Shown here one piece after another: positions 42,613 through 52,600 of a stretch of 64,000 bases of DNA. Source of the stretch: Acidimicrobiales bacterium (GTDB lineage: Bacteria > Actinomycetota > Acidimicrobiia > Acidimicrobiales > Aldehydirespiratoraceae). The first letter of the stretch is position 1. Each line of letters begins with the position of its first letter. The notes under the pieces were generated by a model that did not search any database, had not been told where the DNA came from, and saw nothing but the letters and a program-made list of their open reading frames with translations. Position numbers and translations under genes: made by a program. Location: NCBI GenBank assembly GCA_963422745.1, contig OY730477.1, forward strand, positions 2,232,880-2,296,879. Direction: 5' to 3'.

Positions 42613-43611
42613 CTCCGCTAGGAGTCGGGTGTTCTCTGCGGCGGTGCCAGTGGTGAGCCGCAATCCGCCGGGAAGGCCGAAGTCCGATTCGGTGGCACGA
42701 ACCGTGATGCCGCGCCGGTCCAGTTCGGCAACTATGCTGATGGGGTTGGTCAGGCCCAAGACCAGCAAGAAGTTGGCCTGTGTCGGGATTACCCGCAGAC
42801 CCAGCGCTGTCAGGGTTCGGTGAATGCGGATCCGTTCGGTGGCGTTGAGTTCCACGACCTCGCCGAGATGCGCGGGATCGTTCCACGCCGCCAGCGCGGC
42901 CGCAGTTGAGGCCGAATTCACGTGAAAGGGCGGGAAGTACTTCTCGATCACCGTCGCCAGTTCCGCAGTGGTGACGGCGTATCCCACCCGCATCCCGGCT
43001 AGGCCGTACGCCTTGGAGAATGTGCGAGTCACGATCACCGGCCGCCCGGCACGCACCAGGGCAGTACCGTCCGCGAAGTCATCCGCGTCGGCGTACTCGC
43101 GGTAAGCCTCGTCAATGACCACGACGACGTGGTCGGGCAGTCGGTCAACGAAGCGGCGCAGCGGATCGTCAGCAACGTAGGTCCCTGTCGGGCTATGGGG
43201 ATTGGTCAGCACAACCAGGCGGGTCCGGTCATCAACCGCGTTGGCCATTGCATCAAGATCCTGATGCAGGTCAAGGGTTGGCACGAACTTCAGTTCCGCT
43301 CCTGCTCGCTCGGTCATGAAGACGTGCAGGTAGAACGTCGGACGGGACACAACTGTGTTCACGCCAGCACTGAGCTGCGTCGCCCCGATCGCCAATAACA
43401 CGTCGGCGGAGCCGTTGGCTACCAGCACCTGCTCCGGGTGTACCCGGCTGCGTGCGGCGATAGCGGTGCGAAGTTCTGAGACGCCACCTTGCGGGTAGCG
43501 ATGGCAGCTGGCGATATGTTCGGCCACGGCCGGCCCGACCTTCGGTGAGGGTCCCAAGGCGTTCTCGTTGGACCCGAGCGCAAGCCGAGGCAACACCAGA
43601 TTGGCTCTCAC
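42592..43611 (-). CDS. class I/II aminotransferase (histidinol-phosphate aminotransferase-like)
   Basis: LGSNENALGPSP...TFSKAYGLAGMRVGY. GTG 43611 forms a GTGA overlap with the upstream ABC ATPase stop; ATG 43662 is an alternative. Confidence 0.8.
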   Translation of the reverse strand: MRANLVLPRLALGSNENALGPSPKVGPAVAEHIASCHRYPQGGVSELRTAIAARSRVHPEQVLVANGSADVLLAIGATQLSAGVNTVVSRPTFYLHVFMTERAGAELKFVPTLDLHQDLDAMANAVDDRTRLVVLTNPHSPTGTYVADDPLRRFVDRLPDHVVVVIDEAYREYADADDFADGTALVRAGRPVIVTRTFSKAYGLAGMRVGYAVTTAELATVIEKYFPPFHVNSASTAAALAAWNDPAHLGEVVELNATERIRIHRTLTALGLRVIPTQANFLLVLGLTNPISIVAELDRRGITVRATESDFGLPGGLRLTTGTAAENTRLLAELAEVAG

Positions 43612-44600
43612 GAGGGTCGGGAACTCTCGTAGGTGGCGCCGGACGGGTCGTGCAAGAAGCATGCCGAGCGATGGTCGGGCCCCACAGGGTAGCCGTCCGG
43701 GGCTTGTGTGGTGCAGCGATCATGTCGATGAGGGCAACGCGGCGCATACGGGCAGGATCCTCGCGGATCGATTTCGAATTCGGCGTCGTCGGCGAGCGCG
43801 ACGCGGCCCTCCCAGCGCGCCGAGACACGGGGAATCGCAGCGACGAGGTTCTCGACGTAGGGATGGGTGGCACGGTCAATGACGTCGATGGTCGGACCGA
43901 CCTCTGTCGTCACCCCGCGGTACAGCATGTATAGACGGTCGGTTGTGGAGTAAGCCGTTGAGAGGTCGTGGGTGATGTACAAAAACGAGATGCCGTGGTG
44001 GTCGCGCATGTCCTGCATGATCTTGAGGATCATCGACCGCAGCGATGCGTCGACCATCGACACTGGCTCATCGGCGACGATCAGCCTGGGCTTCAGCAGG
44101 TACGCCCGCGCCATCATCATGCGCTGGCGCTGGCCGCCGGAGAGCTGATGGGGGTACTTGTGCAGTACCTCCGTTCCGAGGATGCCGACGACAGCGAGGG
44201 CTTCTTCGATCATGTCGGTTGCCGCCGACTTCGATGATGCCAAGTCGAAGTTCTTGATCACCACATCAAAGATGTGACGCACTCGATAAAACGGGTTGTA
44301 TGAGGCGTAGGGGTCCTGAAACACGGCCTGCACTTCACGCCGGTATTGCTTGCGGTGGAAGCGATCGAGGGTGGTGATGTCGTGGCCCTTGTAGGTGACT
44401 GTGCCAGCCGAAGGCCTTTCCAAGCCGAGCACCACCCGTGCGACGGTTGACTTGCCCGACCCGCTCTCGCCAGCGATGGTGATGATCGACGCGGGTTCGT
44501 CAGCCAAGACAAGATCGAAATCCTTGACAGCGACGAACTCCTTGCCTTTCACCTTGTAGATCTGGCTGAGTTGATCTATCCGAAGAAGTTCGTTGCTCAT
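43608..44600 (-). CDS. ABC transporter ATP-binding protein (oligo/dipeptide type, OppF/DppF-like)
   Basis: GESGSGKST, LSGGQRQR, and a C-terminal Cys-rich oligopeptide-ABC tail. Confidence 0.85.
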   Translation of the reverse strand: MSNELLRIDQLSQIYKVKGKEFVAVKDFDLVLADEPASIITIAGESGSGKSTVARVVLGLERPSAGTVTYKGHDITTLDRFHRKQYRREVQAVFQDPYASYNPFYRVRHIFDVVIKNFDLASSKSAATDMIEEALAVVGILGTEVLHKYPHQLSGGQRQRMMMARAYLLKPRLIVADEPVSMVDASLRSMILKIMQDMRDHHGISFLYITHDLSTAYSTTDRLYMLYRGVTTEVGPTIDVIDRATHPYVENLVAAIPRVSARWEGRVALADDAEFEIDPRGSCPYAPRCPHRHDRCTTQAPDGYPVGPDHRSACFLHDPSGATYESSRPS

Positions 44601-45667
44601 GGACTCAGTCCGGATGTGAATGAGGTTTCACTCGACCAAAGATCGTCGAGTGAGAATTCACCCAACCGCACACACGAAACCGAGTGACGGTTGCCGAGCT
44701 CGACCGGTGCGAACTCCGTGCGGCAAACCTCCGCCGCGGCCGGGCAGCGGTCCTGGAAGGCACAGCCGGGGGGCGGGTTACGAAGGTCATGGGTGATGCC
44801 CTCGGTGACGACCGCTTTGACGTCGCTGCCGATTTCGGGCACAGCGTCCATCAGGAGCCTGGTGTAGGGATGCGACGGTGTACGCAGAACCTCATCGACC
44901 GGTCCGATTTCCATGATCGTACCCGCGTACATCACCGCTACCCGATCGGCGAGCTGGGCCAGCAGGCCCATGTCGTGACCGATGACGATCATCGACGTGC
45001 CCATCTGCTCCTTAACGTCGAGCAGTGTCTGGGCCACGAGCCGCTGTACGTTGACATCGAGCGCGCTTGTCGGTTCGTCAGCTACCAGCAAAGCGGGGTT
45101 GTTGACAAGAGCCATGGCTATGCAAACACGCTGCTTCATGCCGCCGCTGAGTTCGTGGGGGTACAACGCAAGGGCGCGGCGAGCAAGGCCGACCAGGGAG
45201 AACAGCTCAGCGGCGCGTTCAACGATCTCGGACTTATGAACACTGGTGTCGCCAGCGGATGGCCGGTAGCCATCAATGACTTGGTCTCGTACCCGCATCA
45301 TCGGGTTGAGTGAGTTCATTGCTCCCTGCGGGATCAGTGCGAGTTCACGCCAGCGAATGTCTCGAAGTTGCTCGTCGTTGAGCGCCAGGAGATCGGTCCG
45401 CTGATCGAAGATGGCTTCGCCGCCAACGATACGGGCAGCTTGAGGGAGCAGCCGCAAAAGGGTCATCGCAGCGGTGGTCTTGCCGCAGCCCGACTCGCCG
45501 ACCAGCCCGAGAAGTTCGTGTCGTTCGAGATCGAAGCTGACGTTGCGGACCGCGCTGACATCACCTTGAAGCGTTCGATATACGACCTGGAGGTTTCGGA
45601 CTTCGAGCATCTTTGACGCCGGGTCGCAGGTGCTCAATGGGTCACGAATGTCGGTACCGGCTGTCAC
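44597..45667 (-). CDS. ABC transporter ATP-binding protein (OppD/DppD-like)
   Basis: GESGCGKTT, LSGGMKQR. GTG 45667 forms a GTGA overlap with the permease stop. Confidence 0.85.
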   Translation of the reverse strand: MTAGTDIRDPLSTCDPASKMLEVRNLQVVYRTLQGDVSAVRNVSFDLERHELLGLVGESGCGKTTAAMTLLRLLPQAARIVGGEAIFDQRTDLLALNDEQLRDIRWRELALIPQGAMNSLNPMMRVRDQVIDGYRPSAGDTSVHKSEIVERAAELFSLVGLARRALALYPHELSGGMKQRVCIAMALVNNPALLVADEPTSALDVNVQRLVAQTLLDVKEQMGTSMIVIGHDMGLLAQLADRVAVMYAGTIMEIGPVDEVLRTPSHPYTRLLMDAVPEIGSDVKAVVTEGITHDLRNPPPGCAFQDRCPAAAEVCRTEFAPVELGNRHSVSCVRLGEFSLDDLWSSETSFTSGLSP

Positions 45668-46599
45668 TTGATTCTCCTCAGCCGGGGGTTGGAGACTTCG
45701 TCCAGTCCCATGTTCAACAGGTAAAAGCCCAAGAAGATAACGACGAGCACGATGATCGGCGGGCTCCACCACCACCACATGCCGCGAAACAGCGCTGAGT
45801 TCTCCAATGCGGCGTTGACTGTCGTCCCCAACGTGGGGAGCCGTTGCGGGCCGAGCCCCAGTGTTTCAACCCCAGTCGCGGCCAAGATGACTCCAGCGAT
45901 GGTGAAAGTGAATCCTCCCGCAAGGTAGGGCAGAAGATTCGGGAGTATCTCTTTGAACATGATGCCGAACGGGGTGACACCCGACATTCTGGCAAGCGGC
46001 ACGTACCCCGATTGGCGCATCGACAGAACCTGAGATCGTATGAGCCTGGTTGGTATGGGCCAGGCGAACAACGCCATCACCAGTCCCATGGTCGTTACGG
46101 TGAGTTCATCAACCGAGGCGGCTACCACCACGAGCACAGCGAGGCCGGGGATGGTCAGCGTGGCGTCGGTGATGGTGGTGATCACTGCATCGAGTCGTCG
46201 ACCGAAGAACCCGGACGTGAAGCCCAAGAGTATGCCGACCGCCATGCCGATACCGGCACCGATCAGGCCCACCTGCAGCGTGGCCGGGATGCCCACCAGC
46301 AGAACCGCCAACATGTCACGGCCCTGGCTGTCAGTACCGAGCGGGTGATCACCGCTGGGGTCCTTGAACCCAAGGTTGGGATCTCCCTCAAAACCGTTCG
46401 GCACCATGTTCACTGGACTGGACCCAACCAAAGCAAGGTCCCGGTCGTGAAATAGGCGAAGCGCGAACGGCATGACGAACAGCAGAGTCAAGACCACGGC
46501 CCCGGCTATGAGTTTGCGATTGAGCCATGGATTGTCTCTTCGGGCTTGCGGTTCGGCCGTGGTGGATTCGTCCACCGTCTCCGCGTTGTCCGCGTTCAC
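45664..46599 (-). CDS. ABC transporter permease (DppC/OppC-like)
   Basis: Multi-TM; its position and size fit the second permease of a peptide/nickel ABC system. Confidence 0.8.
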   Translation of the reverse strand: MNADNAETVDESTTAEPQARRDNPWLNRKLIAGAVVLTLLFVMPFALRLFHDRDLALVGSSPVNMVPNGFEGDPNLGFKDPSGDHPLGTDSQGRDMLAVLLVGIPATLQVGLIGAGIGMAVGILLGFTSGFFGRRLDAVITTITDATLTIPGLAVLVVVAASVDELTVTTMGLVMALFAWPIPTRLIRSQVLSMRQSGYVPLARMSGVTPFGIMFKEILPNLLPYLAGGFTFTIAGVILAATGVETLGLGPQRLPTLGTTVNAALENSALFRGMWWWWSPPIIVLVVIFLGFYLLNMGLDEVSNPRLRRIK

Positions 46600-47639
46600 G
46601 ATCGATCCTTGCTGTAGCTGATTCTCGGATCGATGAGCGGGTATGCGATGTCAAGCAAAAACGCCATGGCCGTAACCCCGATGATCAGGTACACAACGAC
46701 TCCTTGGATCAGGGGGAAGTCGTCGGTGAGGATGGCGCGGAACAACAGCGATCCGAGGCCGGGATAGTTGAAGACCCGTTCGACGATCACGAAACCGCCA
46801 GCAATTGACCCGATGGCGACTCCCAACTCGGTGAGTTGAGGGGCAAGCGTGTTACGAACCCCGTATCGGAAGAATTTCCGACGCTTCGAAAGTCCTTTCG
46901 CTTCGGCCAACAGCATGTAGTCCTGCCCCGCGGTGGTGATCATCATGCCGCGCATGCCGAGAGCGAATCCTCCGAGCCTGACAAGAATCACCGATACCGC
47001 GGGCAGAAAGCCGTGCTTGACGACGCTGCCGATGAACGAAAGGTTCCAGCCGGGTGCAACGTCGGGATCGTACGCACCAGAAAACGGCAGCCACTGCAGT
47101 CGGAACGAAAAGAGCCAGAGCAGTATCAGCCCCACCATGAAGGCTGGAATGGCCGTGATAAACAGCGGCATCGAGAGAATGGCCCGAGTCAACGGCTTCG
47201 TGGCGGGCCAGCCCAGCAATGCTCCGATGAGGTTTCCGATAAGAAACGAAAGGAGAATCGCGACCGACATCAACCCGATCGTCCATGGCAGTGCGCGGCC
47301 GATCTGTTCGTCAACGCTTGCCGGGAACGCCGATATCGACAGCCCGTTGTCGAACAACACGATGTTCTTGAGGTACTTGCCGTATTGAACGAGCAGCGGA
47401 TCATCAAAACCGAACCGCTCGCTGTACGCGGTGATCAGCTCGTCGGCCCCTTCAGTGGTTCCGCCTGCAGCCAGCAACCCGCCAAGTACGGCATCGGCAG
47501 GGTCGTTACCGCCGAACCTGGGAATGAAGAAGATGGCGGACGCGCCCAACCAGATGGTGAACAACATCCGGACGAATCGCCGGCCTATGTATCCCTGCAT
47601 CAGTCTCTTTGTGACGTAACGGGGGTGACCGGCAATCAC
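46596..47639 (-). CDS. ABC transporter permease (DppB/OppB-like)
   Basis: Multi-TM with an N-terminal YIGRRFVRMLFTIW-type start, typical of DppB-like permeases. Confidence 0.8.
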   Translation of the reverse strand: MIAGHPRYVTKRLMQGYIGRRFVRMLFTIWLGASAIFFIPRFGGNDPADAVLGGLLAAGGTTEGADELITAYSERFGFDDPLLVQYGKYLKNIVLFDNGLSISAFPASVDEQIGRALPWTIGLMSVAILLSFLIGNLIGALLGWPATKPLTRAILSMPLFITAIPAFMVGLILLWLFSFRLQWLPFSGAYDPDVAPGWNLSFIGSVVKHGFLPAVSVILVRLGGFALGMRGMMITTAGQDYMLLAEAKGLSKRRKFFRYGVRNTLAPQLTELGVAIGSIAGGFVIVERVFNYPGLGSLLFRAILTDDFPLIQGVVVYLIIGVTAMAFLLDIAYPLIDPRISYSKDRS

Positions 47640-47677
47640 CCGCAGGTGCGGTCACCCCCGTTGGCGCCCGGATTCGA

Positions 47678-49573
47678 TCAGCCAGCCGGTCGAATCGTCA
47701 TCAACACCTCAGCGAACGTCGGGGCGGCGACGATTGCCTGAATGTACGGGTCGTTCTCATTCGGGAACCCGGTCCAGTAGCGGCTGGAGTAGGGATGGAT
47801 GATCGGGTGCTGCGCTAGCGGGATCTCGGGTAGGTCCTCGAGCCACAGTTCCATGGCTTCCACGAACAGATCATCGATCTTCGGATCGGCGACCGGCAAA
47901 GTGTTGATCTCGGACACTATGTCGCCGTAGGCGACAGCGTTGTCGCTGCTCCACCGGAAGGTGTTGCTGTAGAACCCTCCGACCGCATCCTCTGGGTTGT
48001 CCGGCAGATGGCGAACACTGAAGGAGTCCATTGCCTGCCAGGGATCGACCGTCGAACCGGCACAGGATCCGAAGAAGACATACGCCTCGAAGCCTGCTTT
48101 GAGGAGTCCGTCGATGAAGTCCGGGATCTGCATTGTGTCCTGCGATGCATCGATTCCGGCCGCTGTCAACTGCTCGACCAGGATCTTGACCAAGTTGTTG
48201 ATCGTTGGATCGTCGTAGTTTGAGATCTTCAACGACAGGCGCTGCCCGTCCTTCTCCCAGTTGTCGCCGTTTTTGACGTAACCGGCGGCTCCAAGCCGGG
48301 CCGCGGCCATCGAATCATCGGTGATGGCAAATGGATACTTATCTGTGAGGCCCGCGTCGTCGAGCAGGTCGACGTAGCGGTTGAGAGCTGGGTAGGCGGC
48401 CATGAAATGGCGCGACGGCGGTGCACCGAATCCTCCGTAGCCGACGTCGATGACGGCCTCGCGATTGATCAGATGGGCGATACCCCATCGCAGGTTCGCA
48501 TCGGCGAGGATCGGGTTGTTGTGGTTGAATTCCAGCGACCGGGGACACAGGTCAAGTTGACCGAACGGCGCGTTCTCCGACCAAGCCGCCACGTCCTCAT
48601 TACCTTGTCTCAGTGCGAGATAGGCCCCGGGCGAGATGTTTGTAGCCCAGTCCAGATCACCTTGATCCATGGCGGCCAGCTTCTGTTCCTCGCCGCCGAA
48701 GCTGACGAACCGGACCTTCAGTGGCTGAGGCAGTTGCACAAGACCAGCCTCGGCGGCCCACCAATCGTTGCGGCGTAGATACGTGAAGCTGGTGTCGGTG
48801 ACGCTGTCCAGCTCGTAAGGCCCGGAGAACACCGGCCATCCGCCCTCGGGGTCGTAGTTCTTGAAGGTTGCGATGTCATCAACGGTGCTCCAGATGTGCT
48901 CGGGAACAACAAAGAAGGCTTGGCTTGCCAAAGCGGTCGAGAAGGAGCTGAGAGCGAACCGTTGATTAGATTCCGTCAAGTCAAACCTGACGGTGCGATC
49001 GTTAACGGCGGTCGCCTCCACGCCTTCGAATTTTGTACCGGCCGAAAGCTCGGGAACGGTCTGAAGCATCTCCACGGTGAACAACACGTCGTCGGCCGTG
49101 ACCGCCTCGCCGTCGCTCCACTGCACCCCGTCGCGCAAGGTCAGCGTCCATTGAGTGGCATCAGAGTTGGACTCAATCGATTCGGCCATCCACGGCTCGA
49201 GTTCGCCGGTGAGTATGTTCAACAGGAACAGCGGATCGGTCAGCACCTGACTCAAACCAGCGTCTCGCTGTGCTCCGCTGTAGGGGTTGAAGTTCTCCGG
49301 ATCCTCACCCAGGCCGGAGTCGATATCGACGATCAATGTCTCGGCTCGGGTGGCTTCGGCCGGGTCCTTGGCAGTGTCGGGCGGTGGAGGCGGTTCAGGC
49401 TCAGGGTCGGGATCGCCGGGCTCAGGGTCGGGATCGCCGGGCTCCGGCGCCGTCGCGTCGGGGTCGGGAGCGGGATCGTCGGCTGTGGACGAATCGTCGC
49501 CGCATGCCACGGCTATGAGAGCCAACGCAACGAACATCACGAAGATCCGGAATAGTCCTTTTCGTATTCTCAT
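47678..49573 (-). CDS. ABC substrate-binding lipoprotein, family 5 (peptide/nickel/opine type)
   Basis: MRIRKGLFRIFVMFVALALIAVAC (lipobox), then a PDPEPGDPDPEPGDPDPEPEPPPP linker encoded partly by a 21-bp x2 repeat at about 49400..49441. 631 aa. Confidence 0.8.
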   Translation of the reverse strand: MRIRKGLFRIFVMFVALALIAVACGDDSSTADDPAPDPDATAPEPGDPDPEPGDPDPEPEPPPPPDTAKDPAEATRAETLIVDIDSGLGEDPENFNPYSGAQRDAGLSQVLTDPLFLLNILTGELEPWMAESIESNSDATQWTLTLRDGVQWSDGEAVTADDVLFTVEMLQTVPELSAGTKFEGVEATAVNDRTVRFDLTESNQRFALSSFSTALASQAFFVVPEHIWSTVDDIATFKNYDPEGGWPVFSGPYELDSVTDTSFTYLRRNDWWAAEAGLVQLPQPLKVRFVSFGGEEQKLAAMDQGDLDWATNISPGAYLALRQGNEDVAAWSENAPFGQLDLCPRSLEFNHNNPILADANLRWGIAHLINREAVIDVGYGGFGAPPSRHFMAAYPALNRYVDLLDDAGLTDKYPFAITDDSMAAARLGAAGYVKNGDNWEKDGQRLSLKISNYDDPTINNLVKILVEQLTAAGIDASQDTMQIPDFIDGLLKAGFEAYVFFGSCAGSTVDPWQAMDSFSVRHLPDNPEDAVGGFYSNTFRWSSDNAVAYGDIVSEINTLPVADPKIDDLFVEAMELWLEDLPEIPLAQHPIIHPYSSRYWTGFPNENDPYIQAIVAAPTFAEVLMTIRPAG

Positions 49574-49591
49574 GTTCTTCTCCTGGGTTTA

Positions 49592-49834
49592 CTAGTTGAA
49601 AGATTGGTTGCTTCGCCTCAAACGGCGGGCTTTGAATGGTGACTTCACCATGAACTTGATGACGTCGAGACGGAACCCGTTCTTGATGGCTGCCATGACG
49701 TCGGAAGGGTCTAGGTAGGCCCGCACCCGAAGCTTGGCGTCGTCGCCGTTTTCCATGACGAGACGCCCGTCGTCATCCACGTACAGGCGATCGATTACGA
49801 ATTCAGTCTTCACGAGTTTGGTAACGACCTGCAT
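49592..49834 (-). CDS. hypothetical 80-aa protein
   Basis: ORF packed between the CN-hydrolase and SBP genes (2-nt and 18-nt gaps) on the same strand. No recognisable motif. Confidence 0.35.
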   Translation of the reverse strand: MQVVTKLVKTEFVIDRLYVDDDGRLVMENGDDAKLRVRAYLDPSDVMAAIKNGFRLDVIKFMVKSPFKARRLRRSNQSFN

Positions 49835-49835
49835 C

Positions 49836-50981
49836 TCAGTTCTTCCTCAAAAGACCGCGCCGTTGCGCGTCCGCTACCCGTTTTGTTACAAGGTCTGCCA
49901 TGTCGGCGACCTGGTAACCGTCCGGCGGGGTGAATTGACCTCGCCCGTACAGAACCTCAAATGCGCGCCGGGTACCATGGACCTTCTCGGCCAGGTTCTT
50001 AGGCGGGCTACCAGCAGGAAACAGATTCGGCGGATAGATGGGTTCGGCGTAGATTTCCCGGAAGGCCTCGGTTCTCACATCAATCCAGGTGTTGTGATTG
50101 GTGACGGTGCGATGTCGACGCAGCGCCTCAATGTCGACCGTTGCCGCGATGATCTGCTCTTCGGGATAGGGCGCTTCTCGCATGACCATGCCGGTGTAAT
50201 CGATCATCATGGAATGCCCTGGGCAGAATGCCTTGGGATAATACCCGTAGTTGACTTTCCCCCAGTTGGAGCACAGCAGATACATCATGTTGTCATGGGC
50301 TCTGGTGCGGCGGGTGAAACGCCAGAAATCCCATGGTTCGCTGACCCCCTCCACCTCCTGGATCGCTCCGGGATGACACAGCACCTCGCAGCCGTTGAAG
50401 GCCAGCGCCCTTGAGACCTCGGGAGTCGCACCGTCATGGCAGGTCATGGTCCCGAGCTTGCCGATCTCGGTGTCGATAACGGGGAAAAGGTCCCTGATCG
50501 AGTTGCCGTAGGCCTTGCCGTATTCGTCGAACAGATCGTGAGGGCTGCTTCCCAGGCCCAGCGATGCGTTGACGTGCCACTTGTGGTATCGAAGCGCGAG
50601 ACTTCCGTCGGGGCCGATAATGAAGGCTGTGTTGAACCAGCGGTCTGGGAACTCATCTGTGACTTCGATGATGCCGCCACCGGAAATATAGATGTCGTAT
50701 TCCGTGGCTTTGGCTCCAAGGCGTTGCATCTCCGGTCCGTCGATCCGGATCGCCTTGTCCATGAACTCCCTTATTCCGTCCTCGCCCTTACCGGGTGTCG
50801 TCACACCCTGCAGGAAGTACTCCGGGAGAACGGCCAGGCGGACCGGTACCTCCCAGAAGTAGCCGACGCCGAAGTCGATCAGGTTCTCGACTCTGGCCAG
50901 ATTGCTTTCGATCTCCTCAGGGGTGGTGGCCATAGTGACCTCGGGCTGCACCACGATCGCGGTATACGGCTCGATGCCCAT
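49836..50981 (-). CDS. carbon-nitrogen hydrolase (nitrilase/amidase superfamily) protein
   Basis: RLAVLPEYFLQG (Glu), YHKWH (Lys), GTMTCHDG (Cys). ATG 50981 overlaps the upstream stop (TGATG). Confidence 0.7.
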   Translation of the reverse strand: MGIEPYTAIVVQPEVTMATTPEEIESNLARVENLIDFGVGYFWEVPVRLAVLPEYFLQGVTTPGKGEDGIREFMDKAIRIDGPEMQRLGAKATEYDIYISGGGIIEVTDEFPDRWFNTAFIIGPDGSLALRYHKWHVNASLGLGSSPHDLFDEYGKAYGNSIRDLFPVIDTEIGKLGTMTCHDGATPEVSRALAFNGCEVLCHPGAIQEVEGVSEPWDFWRFTRRTRAHDNMMYLLCSNWGKVNYGYYPKAFCPGHSMMIDYTGMVMREAPYPEEQIIAATVDIEALRRHRTVTNHNTWIDVRTEAFREIYAEPIYPPNLFPAGSPPKNLAEKVHGTRRAFEVLYGRGQFTPPDGYQVADMADLVTKRVADAQRRGLLRKN

Positions 50982-52600
50982 CAGAACTCCGCCTTCTCCA
51001 GACCGAGATCTCTGAGAATGACCCGGGCGGTGATCGTTCCCGCACCGGAGATGGCACCGCCGGGGTGACAATACGGACCGGCGAAATAGAGGCGTTCGAT
51101 CGGCCCGCGGTATTGGCTGTAACCCGGGAACGGCCGCATGAAGCCAGACTGATACTGACGCATCGCTCCGCCGGTGGTCGTGCCGTCAACCAGACAGGGG
51201 TTGTCGCGCTGGATCACCGGGCCGGTCTGCACGTACTGGGCAATGATGTTGTCGTCAGACATGTTGTCGGTGTACTCACGAAGCTTGGCCAGCTCCACGG
51301 TTTCGACGTACTTGGGGCCCGCAACCTCCCAGTCGGCGCCATTCGACAGAGTCTTCGGTACGAAGGTGTCCATGATCATGGTGTGCTTGCCGTCAGGTGC
51401 GCGGCTCGGGTCCTTGGTCGTCCATGTCGCCACCCACAAGAATGGATCCTCGGGTGCGGACCCAACGCTGATGTCGGACCACTGCTTCACGATCGAATCA
51501 ACCGAGCCGTAGATCCGCTGGAAAGGCGTGTCGGTGACCTCAGCCGAGCAGGTGTAGTTCGGAGGCTCGTGCAGCGCATAGTGCACCCGAGCGATTGAGA
51601 AGTCGCCCACGTTGAAGTTCTCGACCCGGCGCAGAAAATCCGAGTCGAGCACCCCGTCGTCGAATAGATGGGGGTATGAGATCTTCGGGTTGAGTGTGTT
51701 GACGACCGCTTTGGAAGCCTGAAACACCCGACCGTCGGCTAGTTCCGCGCCCCGCGCTTCGCCGCGGTCGCCGACCAGGATCTTGGTGACGGGTACGCCG
51801 GTGTGGACCTGCCCTCCGTAGCTCTGGATCATCCTCGCCAACGCCAGTGGCAAGGCAATGCTGCCGCCCTGCGGGATCGCTTCGCCGTATACGTGGATGG
51901 CCGGGATCATGATGAAGAACAGCTCACCGCGACCTTCGGTATGCGGGCCAACCCCCGGCGCCGTGGACCAGCCAATCAAAAAGGACTGAACCACCCGGTG
52001 CTCGAAGTTCTCCATGACGAAGTCATACGGGCTCATTGAGTAGAAGCGGAGCAGGTCAAGTCCCGCCTCGGTGCTCTCCAGAGCTTCTTGCATAAGGCTC
52101 GGCGGGTTGGGCGGTGAGAACATGGCTGTGATGAAACCATCTTCGATCTCGCGGAAGCCGTCGTAGATCTCGCGGTAGCGGCGAGCATCGCGCTCGGAGT
52201 AGCCAGCGATGCTCGCGCAGGTCTTATCAATATCGGAGTACACGACGATGCCGGGACCTTCTCGGTCGGGGTGCCCGGTGATGCCGTCCGTCGCCCAGAT
52301 GTAGGTGAGACCGAAAGTTTCAAGTTCCGACAGGATCTCCTGGAAGTCGGGGTTGGCATGAATCCAAACGTGTGAGGACCCGTAGAGGTCGTGTTTGAAC
52401 CCAGGGAGCGTGACCTCGTCAGTTGTCACGGCGCCACCGAGGCGCGTGTTCGCCTCCAGCACCGTGACGCTCAAACCCCGCTTGGCTAGGACCGCCCCAC
52501 AGATCAGGCCGTTGTGACCGCCGCCGACAATGACAACGTCGCTCACGATGACGTCGCTCCCTCGGGGATGACGTCGCTCCCTTCGGGAAGCCTTCATCAT
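50981..52600 (-). CDS. FAD-dependent oxidoreductase (phytoene desaturase/CrtI-like family)
   Basis: DVVIVGGGHNGLICGAVLAKRGLSVTVLEANTRLGGA. The start is uncertain (52600 or the GTG at about 52552). Confidence 0.75.
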   Translation of the reverse strand: MMKASRRERRHPRGSDVIVSDVVIVGGGHNGLICGAVLAKRGLSVTVLEANTRLGGAVTTDEVTLPGFKHDLYGSSHVWIHANPDFQEILSELETFGLTYIWATDGITGHPDREGPGIVVYSDIDKTCASIAGYSERDARRYREIYDGFREIEDGFITAMFSPPNPPSLMQEALESTEAGLDLLRFYSMSPYDFVMENFEHRVVQSFLIGWSTAPGVGPHTEGRGELFFIMIPAIHVYGEAIPQGGSIALPLALARMIQSYGGQVHTGVPVTKILVGDRGEARGAELADGRVFQASKAVVNTLNPKISYPHLFDDGVLDSDFLRRVENFNVGDFSIARVHYALHEPPNYTCSAEVTDTPFQRIYGSVDSIVKQWSDISVGSAPEDPFLWVATWTTKDPSRAPDGKHTMIMDTFVPKTLSNGADWEVAGPKYVETVELAKLREYTDNMSDDNIIAQYVQTGPVIQRDNPCLVDGTTTGGAMRQYQSGFMRPFPGYSQYRGPIERLYFAGPYCHPGGAISGAGTITARVILRDLGLEKAEF

